Notes: a model not told the origin generated them from the letters alone. DNA of 64,000 nucleotides from Eledone cirrhosa (GCA_964016885.1 OZ024740.1:340814001-340878000); one strand, 5' to 3'. Positions 13,892 through 24,882 are shown, counted from the first letter of the stretch. Translations and numbers: made by a program.

Positions 13892-15299
13892 AGACCAATT
13901 TTATAAAAGGAATTAATTTGATCCCAGTATATTAATTACTGTTATTTATTGTATGGATTCAGTAATATAAAAGAGAATGTTAAGACTAAGGTTTTCTTGA
14001 AAGCCAGTGTTTAGTTCTAGTTTCATGTCATCTTTGACATCCTCTTCCATTTCCATAAGGAATAGCCCACAAAGTAAAATTGTATACTCAACACTGGCTG
14101 GTCTGTTGTTATTGGTTCATATCCTTTGTAATGTTACATTAAATATAACTCTGCATCTGGCTAGATTCTTATTAACTTGGGAATTGTCATGAAACAAATG
14201 AGAGAGAAACCTTCTTCTGGATAAAATGCTACTCCATTATAGATAGCATTTCCAGATGATCTGGTACTTAAAATGAACTGCGCTTATTTAGAATAAAAGG
14301 CAAGGAAACTGAAGTTGTCAGCAACAAATTCAAACTCATGACACATACCATATAACTATAACTGAGGCTGGACCACCTTCATAGAGCTGAATGATATCCT
14401 ATGAAAACAAGTAGTATGGCAATAAAGTGCAATGGAGAAAATAATGAATAAAAAATGTATATCTGTTATTTTGGAACTGTTACTTAATATTTGTTTCTAA
14501 AAACAAAAGAGCCAATATGATGGTGGATGGTATCCTACTATTCCTTCTTTGTTTTAATGTTTGCTTGGGACGGACATACTTTGTGATTAATGTTATTGAC
14601 ATGCTAGTTAGAAAACAAAAAATAAAACACATGTAGTATAGCATATTATTTTTCTCAATCCTGTGCCACTGATCATGATGACTATGTTGATGAATATGAT
14701 ATTGAAAATTAGATGAAAAACAACTGGTAATATTAATAAATGCAGGAATATAACAGAGTTTTCCTCACAAATGATATAATGTAGCTAATTCAACCTAAAT
14801 CAACTACTAATTGCCAGAATAATGAAGTAATAATTAACATTTGTAGTTACAGCAGTTATAAGCTAAAGTATGAAATTACACAAATGGTGATGATAATGAG
14901 AGAAAATTAGGGTTTGTTATATATAACTCAAAATTAATTTCTCTCTCATGTTTTGTATTAAATCAGCTTTATTTCACATTAGCTTCATTATAACCCATGT
15001 TTATCTTTTTCCCATCCTCAATACAAGCAACTGGTTAACAGCTAATTTTGACCAAATATCTAAATATCTAAATAGTTTTAAAATTCCCAAAGTTTCACAT
15101 ATCTCTTGTTATCTAACTATATCATGTAACACAGCTGCTATCCACTCAAACATACTTTATTAAAATATCACTGCACTTATGTCATCCAAAAATGATGTCT
15201 GTTTTATTAAATACTAGCAGTGGTACCCGGCGTTGCAGATAAAATTATTTTCTTAATTTTGAAAATCATTTGGAAATTTTATTTTCTATAACATGTGCC

Positions 15300-16290
15300 A
15301 CCATCAAATTCATCATTTTTACAGCTGTTTTCCATGCCAGCATGAGTTGGACAGGTGGTCAAAGTGGGTTAGATGGGTCAGAGCAATCTCATCTTGCACA
15401 TATATTCCATATTTGGTATGGTTTCTACAGCTGGACACTCTTCATAATGCCAACTGCTTTACAGGGTTTACTGGATGCATTTTTTATGGCACCAGAACTA
15501 CCACTTGACAGATTTGATTGGATGCATTTTGTCATCGCACTAATCATATCACTTCACATGGTGGACTGGATACGTTTTATTGTGCTACCATTACTAGAGA
15601 AATTGTCATGTGTTTGGCAAGACTGAAGAGTCCTATAATGTATGTTTAATTGCCAGATACTGTAGCCCCAAAACTCTCATGACACACCACATTTACTTTT
15701 AATGTCAGTGCTTGTATTGGTGAATGTGTCTTTTGTATTATGGTATATCACCAGTCCACTCAGTCCTGTGTCATCTCTTTCATGGGGTTCAGTTTTTGAA
15801 GTCATTCTTCATAACTTCATCCTATGTCTTCCTTGGTCTCCCTCTTCCACGGGTTTTATCTATTTTAAGTGCTCAGCAATATTTTTATACAACTCTCCCT
15901 TTCCTAACACATTATATGCCCATACCAGCACAATCATCTCTTGCATTTCTCTCATATTCAAATTTGCTCTCAGTTTTGTTTTTTTGTGCTCTGTCGTTCA
16001 TGCACACTAACATTACACATCAAATGAAGCATGCTTGCTTCATTTCTTCTTAGCCACTGCAAATCTTCAGCCCTCAAGGTTCAGACCTCACTCACATGCA
16101 TCATATAATCTGCCCTACACTATGAAAGAGAAGCTTTTTGTTGCCAGCAGAGGTAACAGCTCCTTGAACTTCTTCCACTCCATTCTCACTCTAGCTATAG
16201 CTCGTTTGGTACATCTAACTCCAGTACTAATGAGATCACTTAGATTACAGAAGCTTTCTACCACTTCCAGTGAACCTTCTGAATACCCTT
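15300..16290 (-). mobile_element. Degenerate RTE LINE 3' portion
   Basis: Similar to the 42968-44745 family (KFKELLPLLA, RGRPRKT remnants on minus) followed by the RTE-type 3' UTR and CATCAT tail. Confidence 0.7.
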
Positions 16291-17114
16291 ACCAAGAAAG
16301 ATAAATGTTGAAATTTTATTACATTATTACTCTGTTGCACAAATATTCAAATATTTTGGAGCTGAATATAAATTTAATAGAGATTTCTGAAACATTTTGT
16401 ACAAAATAGGCAAAACAGTCATAACTATACATGACGAAATAAGCCAATATATTTCTCATATACTTTGGCTGCATTGTTTTAAAATTAACACTTTGTATGT
16501 GTGTGTGTGCATTTGTATGAGTGGGTGAGAACCATGTGTCTACATGGATATGATGTTTCAAATGTCAGAAATTATGAGTCATGAAACAATATGTGGATAA
16601 TTTCATTTCAGATTTTTAAAAAATGATGAAAATATAAGTGGAAATAGGAATGAATAATGCTTATCACATTTTAGCATTATATGTACCAATTTGAGAGAGA
16701 AAAGAGCAACATGGCCACTGGTGGGATTCAAAACATAAACCTACTCATTGGCTGATTGTGTGTTACAATGAACTTTTTAAGTGCCAGTGTCATATTTGGT
16801 ATTTTACTGCATTAGGCCATCATTAACATGTTAATTTTTGGCAAAATAAAAATATAAAAAAAAAAAAAATCAAAGCAATATTTTGATCAAATTTACTTTA
16901 TTTACTTTGTCTAGGCCCTATGTTTAACCATTTGAGTGCTCAATACATTCTGGTACCTTTTTTGATACACAAAGAAATAAAAATAAATTAATGGTGAGTT
17001 AAGAGACAAGTAATATATGGGAAACATAATATATTTGTTGCCCAGTGATTTACCTATAACAATTAATGAACCAATATCACACTCACTAAAATTCTGTATA
17101 ATTGTATGTTTAAT

Positions 17115-17592
17115 GAACATGGTAGCCGCGAAGTGGGGAGGCCCAAGAAGACCTGGGATGAGGTGATAAAAGACGACCGTACCCAATTGCACCTCTCAAA
17201 GGCGATGACACACAACCGTGACTGCTGGCATTACACAGTAATACAGAAGACCCGACTTCCCATGGGTACAAGCCGAAGCTGAGGCATATAGACAATATGC
17301 CCCCACCCCCTCCCACTGCAAAGTGGTCGTGGAGGTGCCACGACAAAAAAGCACCCAGCCCACACTGTAAAGTGGACGTGTAGGCGCCATGGAAAAAAAG
17401 CACCCAGCACTCACTGTAAATGGAGTTGGTGTTAGGAAGGGCATCCAGCAGTAGAAATCAAGCCAGAATCAGTCCCGTATGAGCAAGACAAGGTCAGTCG
17501 ACCGGACACTGCCCACAACAGGACAAACCATCTAACCCATGCTAGCGCGGAAGAACGGACGTAAAATGGTGATGATGATGATGATGATGATG
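17115..17592 (+). mobile_element. 5'-truncated RTE LINE (ORF C-terminus + 3' UTR)
   Basis: Encodes GSREVGRPKKTWDEVIKDDRTQLHLSKAMTHNRDCWHYTVIQKTRL, then a 3' UTR and (ATG)n tail. Confidence 0.85.
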
Positions 17593-19072
17593 AAAGAACA
17601 ATGCAAATTAAAGAGCTGTAGCCAATTAAGAGTTAATGTTTTATCACTGTTACAAGAAAAAAAAAAATTGAAAAGACTGAATTTTTTTAACAAATAGAAA
17701 CGAAGACAGGACCCTGTTCTCACCAGGGAGAAGGTAGAAATTCCATGAACACACAAGAAGTGTAATAAGATTGCAAGCTGACTTACTTTATAGCAGATGC
17801 ACAAGAGTGGTTAGTAGTAAGAATGCACATGAAATAAATTCCTTGAAATACTAAGTAAATATAGACAAAAAAAATGTACTTGAGGTTCGTTAATTCTTCA
17901 ACATTTGTCTCTTCCATTACACTGTCTTATCTAAACAATAATCGTAATCTATTTAGACAAGTTGTATTCATGAGTATCTGATTGGTACCATTTTCAACAC
18001 ATTAGTACAATGGGAAAATTTGGTATTTCTGGAATTTATTTGCTACTCATAAGTCTAAATGTTTACTAACAAGTATTTGTCTGGTATTGGGGTTTGTATT
18101 TGTAAAAATGAACAATTGCTCTTTTCCTCAAAATTAATTTCACTTGCCCTATGTTATCTTTATTACATCTATTACCTTTAATAATACAAATAACATTTCC
18201 TGATGTACAAGTGACATGATTCTTTATGATAAATATCTGTACCTTTACATTTTCTTTTCAGATTTGTGTTATTGTCACTAATTTGGTACATGTTTTATAT
18301 TTTGAATGCTATATTTATTCTTGAGTCTTTTCTCATTGATATATTTTGATAAGTGATGTTGCCTTATGTAACAGCATACAATTCAAGAAATACAGAAGCT
18401 TTTACACATACATCATCAACGTCACCACCACCACCATTTTTATGTTCCATTTTTCTATACATATCCTGGTTTCCAACCATAAAATACTGCTTCAAAAAAT
18501 CTCATGCCAGCATGGAAAAGTGGACAGGTTGATGATGATGATGATAGCATATATATATATAAAAACACACATCATCACCATCACCGTTTAACATACATTT
18601 TCCACGCTAGCATGGGATAGATGAGTTATCCCGTTGTGAGACAAGTCACATCAGATGACTGTGACTTGCTCAAACAGAACTGTTTCAGGCTTGGTTTCTA
18701 CAGCTGGATGCCATTCCTAACACCAACCACATTTACAATGTGGACTGTACATAATATATATATGAAAAAATTCAGGACCCCGGCGGCTGAGCTCCAGCTG
18801 TTTCGACAGCTATATATATATATATAAAGATATTTCCTAAGCCTAACTGATGATGCTTCATGCAGCAAGAAATGAACAGGTTACCTTCTCTATTTTCCTT
18901 TGATGAGCATTACCATTGCTTATTAATGAGCTAATGAACTGCAAAACGAAGATGGCTATTTAGCCCAGTTTATTGTAACTCTAGCACATAGATTTCTCTT
19001 CTTAGTTAAATGCAGTGCAACATCATAATTGAAAAAAGATCAATTTTAGAAAATATGCTTAATGTTGTTACT

Positions 19073-19770
19073 ATAATAATAATAATGAAATTATTGTGTA
19101 AAGTGCTCAGGTGCACTACAACTCGTCAAAGGTGTATGTATAGTACATAGAATAATACACAAATGTCAGGGAAGTGAATAGTGTATGAGCCATGGTATAC
19201 ATGTGTGTATGTGTATGGAGGGGAACATTAGCTGTAGTGTTGGCGGATCTCGGGAAGCATGGAGGCCTTAAAGGATGCAGTGTCTCGACAGCTAACAACT
19301 GATGCAGGTAGTTTGTTCCATGCTTCAGCAACTCTGAGCGTGAAAAAATGTTTCCGAAAGTCATGGGAACTGTGCTGTTTTCTGACTTTGTGGGCATGTC
19401 CACGTGTGTTAGACACATGGAAATCAAAAAGTACTCAGGGTCGTTGTTGGCAAGATGCTTAACAATTTTGTGAGTGTTTACCAAGTCAGTTGCCAGGCGC
19501 CGGAGCTTCAATGTATCCATGCCCAGAGAAGCAAGGCGCTCAGAGTATGGGAGATGCCTGATGGAGGGTATTCGCTTGGTTGCACATCTCTGAACAGTTT
19601 CCAGGCGGTCAATGTTCTGAGCAAGATAGGGGTTCCAGACTGGTGATGCAAATTCTAAGTGTGGCCGCACTATAGCCATGTACAGCCTTAAATAGATATC
19701 TGGAGAGCGGCTGACAAAGGTCTTGCTGAGTGATGATAAGACACCCTCGGCCCTCTTGACAATTTTCAAA
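19073..19770 (-). mobile_element. 5'-truncated CR1-clade LINE
   Basis: ORF with LYMAIVRPHLEFASPVWNPY...LETVQRCATK...YSERL, then TRGHAHKV and FFTLRVAEAWNKLP; (ATT)n tail. Confidence 0.92.
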
Positions 19771-20077
19771 GCTCTGTTATTGTTGCATTGTCAAACTCAT
19801 ATGTATGTGAGTAAAACATTTTATTGCTTGTTTCCAGCCAAATGTAATATTTAATATATTATCACTATCATAGACAAATTTTTAACATTAATATAGCTAT
19901 TTAAATGCTTTGTGATATATCAATTAGCTTGGACAGTAGATATAACTTATTTTTGGTTATGCTGTCTCAAATATAGAGAGGCACTTGGTGAGAATAAAAG
20001 GCTAATATTTAGTTTTTACATAAAATGTGCATAGCAAATTTTTAGGCTTAAAATGTTTGGAAAGAAGTGCATAAATA

Positions 20078-20532
20078 TGGCAGTTTAAGAGATGTGGCAA
20101 TGTTCAGAGTTTTTCTAGTTTTTTTTCAGATTAATTGAAAATCATAGTTAGTGAAAGATGATATGGTTAAATATTTAGTTTGATTACATTAACAAGCATT
20201 TTGAAGCCAATTTCTCTGTTAAAACAGGGGTTAAATTTGCGGGCCCTACGACAAATTTTATGCTTATCATAGGTCCTTTTAGAGGCAATGTTTTACAGCC
20301 AGATGCCCTTTTAGTCACATTTTATGACACACATGGATACAATGTATCTATTCTAAGCCAGATACACACAGCAAAGTCTGGAAAAAAGTGCATAGTATAC
20401 TAAATCAAATATAGCAATTTAAGCACACAGTTTTAAGAGAAATGGCGATGTTCATAGCTTTTCTAGTTTCTTCCAGACTGATTAAAAATCATAATTAGTA
20501 AGAGACGATATGGTTAAATATTCAATTTGACT
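20078..20532. repeat. Diverged ~110-150 bp direct repeat pair
   Basis: TGGAAA.AAGTGCATA...GATATGGTTAAATATT at ~20078-20185 and ~20379-20532, flanking a SINE/RTE remnant. Confidence 0.7.
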
Positions 20533-20691
20533 GTGAATCAAATTAATAGGTGATATTCTGTTCAACACAATCTCTGTCAATGTTGTAGTCTAACAGGAAG
20601 CTTCTAATTCAAGTTAAAAGGGAGAGGTAGGGTCTATATGTAGGCAGCTTTTCAGAAAGTTTTTAAACAAGATACAACAAAAGTGTTTGAT

Positions 20692-20931
20692 TTAACCAAT
20701 CTGATACAAACCTGTCCAAAAACTGCGTCTGGTTCTATGAAACAAAACTGCCCATTTTAAAGTGTTCCTATTTAAATTTCAACTTTCCAGCTTAATTTGA
20801 TATAAGAACTTTTTTTAAAGTTATGTTTCAAATAATGAAATAATAAATAATTTTAGTAATCCTCTGCAAATTCCTCATTAATTAGTTGAAATACAGTGTA
20901 CTCTATTAGAAATATCGTCATGAAGGGTTAA
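20692..20931. mobile_element. TTAA-flanked ~240-bp MITE copy
   Basis: TTAACC...GAAGGGTTAA ends; CTGGTTCTATGA.ACAAA(A)CTGCCCATTTT shared with the 49681 copy. Confidence 0.65.
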
Positions 20932-21106
20932 CAAAGGTTTACAGATACAAGGGACCATTAGTAGTATGATGTAGAAGAGGATTATATCTTTGAAGAAATT
21001 ATATGGAAAAAGAGATTTGCAGTAGCAAAGGAGGTTGTTTTCATTAGGAGATAAAAGTAGATATGTATGGATAAACCTACTCACACACACACACATATAT
21101 ATTATA

Positions 21107-21818
21107 CTAGCAGGGGTACCCGGCATTGCACGAGATAAGGTATTTTGGAACGCAGGCTGCCAACAGACCTAATCGTGGAAAAACTGCATGCCTGGACAAT
21201 ATGTAAAGAAAATAAACCGAATACTCTGATGGCCGGATAATCTTTAAGATTTTCCTCGATGAAGCAGGAAAAATGCAGGTTTTCACCTAGGGATCAAGAA
21301 AATAAATTTTTTTATGTGCATAATATGCCTTGAAATTTTGGGAAAATCGGCTAGACGTAACGCCTCCAAAGATCAAAAAAAGTTGAATTTTTTATATGCA
21401 TAACACTCCCTGAAACTAATACAAATGTAAAGTTTGAAAAAAATCGGTTGGGTACTTCTCAAGTTTTAGGGATTGAAACTCACAGATATACACACACACA
21501 TCCTCAGGGAAGTGACGTAATGCAGACAGCCAGACATACAGACACATATTATAAGGGCGCGACGTTATATGTATGTATCTATCTAAAAAGAGAAAGACTA
21601 AGAATTATAGAGAGAGATCGCTAAATCGCCTAATGCGGTCCCTAGAGCATTGAAATTTTGAATTTTCTTTTTTGCTCAGAACACTCCCCTGAAACATAAG
21701 TATTACATGTGTAAAGTTTGAAAACAGTCGGTTGGGTGCTTCTCTAGTTTTAAGGATTCAAAATCACACACACACACACAGACAGACATCCTCAGTTTTA
21801 TATATATATATATATAGA
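21107..21818 (-). mobile_element. Non-autonomous Helitron (Lep1-like architecture)
   Basis: Minus strand begins TC (A|TCTATATAT...AAAACTGAGGATGTCTGTCTG) and ends with a GC hairpin + CTAG|T; no TSD; internal duplication. Confidence 0.8.
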
Positions 21819-23101
21819 TAAATAGAGAGACAGATATATATAAATATACATATAGGCGAGGGAAAGGGGTAAACTGTTGGTAGTGATAGGAGAAATTTTG
21901 AGACCACATGTCGCTGCACCTGATATCTATACATGTGGTGTTGCAGAGAGTAGGTGCGAAAATGAAAAACCTAGGAGCAGTTTTAATAGTTCTGAAGTAA
22001 CTGAAACAAAATACTCTGATTGAAATGCAGCATTTGTAGCGATGTGAAATGATAAATAGTTTGCTGAGATCATCGACTATTAACAACAAAAAAACATTGG
22101 TGATTAACTCTTCTGATACAAAATGAAAACGGCTCTGGCTCTATGACACAAGGTTATTTATTTTAAAGTGTTTATACAAGAACTTTTATTTAATATACTG
22201 AGTTCTGATCTGGTGATTGCAGCAGCTTATAAAACAGGAAGAACTCAATATATATAATTGAGTATGGTATAAGTCAATTTATTCACATTCTTACATGATG
22301 GGCACAATTTTAAAAGAATATGAATAAATCTACTTATACTTAAATGATTTAGTCTATTTTAAAGAAAGTCAATGTTAGATCATTTAAAGACATTGGAGAA
22401 TTTCCAAAGCATATGTTCCGCATGAAGAATATATAATTAAGTACAGGCCACTATACTTAAGGTAATGAGTGAAAAATAATTTTTAATTAATTTAAATTTT
22501 AACCCTAATGAGAATGAAAAAAGTAATTAGTATTAAGGAAAATTTATTCTCAGAAAGGGCGAAAGAATGACCTTACAAATTTCCAATCAGCCAAAATTTA
22601 AATGGAGATATGAAGACAGGAGGTGGGGGATTAAAGTGAGTTTGATTTTTAGCAACTATGGTGACAACTCTGGACATGTTTCATTCTTACTGAACCTACC
22701 CAGTAAAGCAGTTAACTCAATGGCTGCAAAGATCTCAGAACAACTGATAGAAATAGTTTTTGGTGTGAAAAACATTTAGTTATTAAGCAAATTATATCAA
22801 AAACATCCCAAATTTTCCCATGGGACCCATCTACATGAAAAACATATAGTTAAGTGTAGGCTACTATTCAAAAGATGGTAAGCTGAAAATAATTTAGAAT
22901 TAATTGATATTATAACCCTACTGAGACAAAAGTCATTAGTGTTAATGAAAATTTATTTTGAAATGAGCAAGGAAGAGAACTTCTGAAATTTCACTCAACC
23001 AAAGTTGGAGGTGGGAGTCTGATTCTTGGCCATTAACTTATATTTTGGATGCTACAAGTCATAATAATAAAGCTTTCTGATTGGTTTAAATATATTTAAT
23101 A

Positions 23102-23728
23102 TTAGCAGTGGTACCCGGTGTTGCACGGGATAAGGTATTTTGGAACACGGGCTGCCAACAAACCTAATCGTGGAATAACTGCATGCCTGGACAATATGTA
23201 AAGAAAATAAACTGAATACTCTGATGGCTGGATAATCTTTCAGATTTTCCTCGCTGAAGCAGGAAAAATTCAGGTTTTCACCTAATGCGGACCCTAGGGG
23301 ATCAAGAAAATGAATTTTTTTTATGTGCATAATATGCCTTGAAATTTTGGGAAAATCGGCTAGACGTAACGCCTCCAAAAAGCTGAAAAGATGAAGTTTT
23401 TCACCTAATGCAGGCTCTAGGCCATAAAAAGTTGGATTTTCTTTGCTCACAGTATGAAGAAGAGACTGACTAATACATAGTTACAATTTCAAGGAAATCG
23501 GTCTGACGTAACGCCTCAAAAAACCCCCAAAAAGCTGATAAAACGCAGTTTTTCACTTAATCCTAGTTGAATTTTTTTATGTGCATAACACTCCCTGAAA
23601 CTTTACATGTGTATTACTTATAATACACATGTAAAGTTTGAAAAATATCGGTTGGGTACTTCTCGAGTTTTAGGGATTAAAACTCACAGACACACACAGA
23701 CAGACATCCTCAGTTTTATATATATAGA
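23102..23728 (-). mobile_element. Non-autonomous Helitron, second copy
   Basis: Same termini and body as 21107-21818; a 3'-end fragment also occurs at ~15213-15238. Confidence 0.8.
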
Positions 23729-23817
23729 TATATAGTGGAACATTTAACATTAAGCACTCACTAATTAATGTTTCCCACAGGAAAAAGTTTACACACACAC
23801 AAACACACATTTCTCTC

Positions 23818-23825
<8 letters not shown>

Positions 23826-23899
<74 letters not shown>
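23826..23899. repeat. (CT)n(TA)n microsatellite
   Basis: Directly visible. Confidence 0.95.
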
Positions 23900-23904
<5 letters not shown>

Positions 23905-24015
23905 GGCACTGGACAGAATTGCTTCCACATCATTCATTCTCATCTCGGGAACAATTTTGAATAGCGCCAGTTCGTAATTTGAACTCGGGAATTTTATACT
24001 CTCCGAGTGAAAAGA

Positions 24016-24102
24016 ACCTTCTGACAAGAGTTTATCTTTTAAATGGAAGCCCGCAAGGACTTTCCATTTATTTTTGAGACTCGAAACCAATTCGGTAAAG
24101 GT
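24016..24102 (+). ncRNA. Type I hammerhead ribozyme copy with mutated core (CUGACAA, G8A)
   Basis: Same layout 485 nt upstream: ACCUU-CUGACAA-GAGU...AAAUGGAAG-CCC-GCAA-GGA-CUUUCCAUUU...ACUC-GAAA-CCAAUUCGG-UA-AAGGU. G8 is replaced by A and stem III is weakened. Confidence 0.8.
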
Positions 24103-24500
24103 AACCATAGTAAGTACAGTGAATTTTTTGAAATTTATTTTGAAACTTTTTCTTATTTGCTAAACCTTGATTATATATGTTCTGGCTTGTTAATTTATTA
24201 ACCTGCCATTGAACCACATTGGCATATGGTTGGATAATACATGTGTTCCTATTCGTTTTTTGCGTGAAGGAATATATACTTTATTATTATTAATCTCCCC
24301 CTGGTCGAGATGAAATCTGGTCATTTTGACTACTGCTATTATAGTGGTAGTAGACTGACCTCCCTGCCTCTGCTTCTATCTTTACACACGGCACTGGACA
24401 GAATTGCTTCCACATCATTCATTCTCATCTCGGGAACAATTTTGAATAGCGCCAATTCGTAATTTGAACTCGGGCATTTTATATTCTCCGAGTGAAAAGA

Positions 24501-24587
24501 ACCTTCTGACGAGAGTTTATCTTTTCAATGGAAGCCTGCAAGGACTTTCCATTTATTTTTGAGACTCGAAACCGATTCGGTAAAGGT
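24501..24587 (+). ncRNA. Type I hammerhead ribozyme, intact core
   Basis: Stem I ACCUU(24501-05)/AAGGU(24583-87); core CUGACGA(24506-12); stem II GAGU/ACUC with long extension AAUGGAA-gCCU-GCA-AGGac-u-UUCCAUU (CC-GCAA-GG in the other copy); GAAA(24568-71); stem III ACCG-auu-CGGU; predicted cleavage after GUA at 24582. Confidence 0.88.
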
Positions 24588-24654
24588 AACCATAGTAAGT
24601 AAAGTGAATTTTTTGAAATTTATTTTGAAACTTTTTCTTATTTGCTAAACCTTG

Positions 24655-24690
<36 letters not shown>

Positions 24691-24693
<3 letters not shown>

Positions 24694-24794
24694 TTATTAA
24701 AATAACAGATTAAAGTTTAAGCAAAGAGAAGATCCCGTTAAGGGTGAAAGCAGAGATTCTTTGCTTAAAATTTAATCTGTTATTTTAATAAATA
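24691..24794. repeat. Inverted repeat with 37-bp arms and 30-nt structured loop
   Basis: Arms 24691-24727 and 24758-24794 (1 mismatch); loop GAAGA-TCCC-GTTAA-GGGT-GAAA-GCAGAGAT. Confidence 0.9.
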
Positions 24795-24879
24795 TTTGCT
24801 CTACAGTTCTTATATATTTGATATATATTTATCCTTATCGAGCCCTCTTTGGATTTTAAGTCTTCAAATTTATTATTAT

Positions 24880-24882
<3 letters not shown>

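Larger units (their letters stand above)
23898..24657 (+). mobile_element. Hammerhead-containing partial tandem repeat (candidate retrozyme or Penelope-like pLTR repeat), 485-nt period
   Basis: ~275-bp near-identical direct repeats (23898-24172 and 24383-24657) separated by a 210-bp hairpin-rich segment; flanked on both sides by (TA)n; one hammerhead per repeat. Confidence 0.75.

Noticed and set aside
23851-24108. 85-aa minus-strand ORF across the hammerhead repeat as an encoded (Obelisk-like) protein
   Set aside because: It is antisense to the ribozyme, interrupted by a TGA stop in the second repeat copy, ends in microsatellite, and has no recognisable motif.
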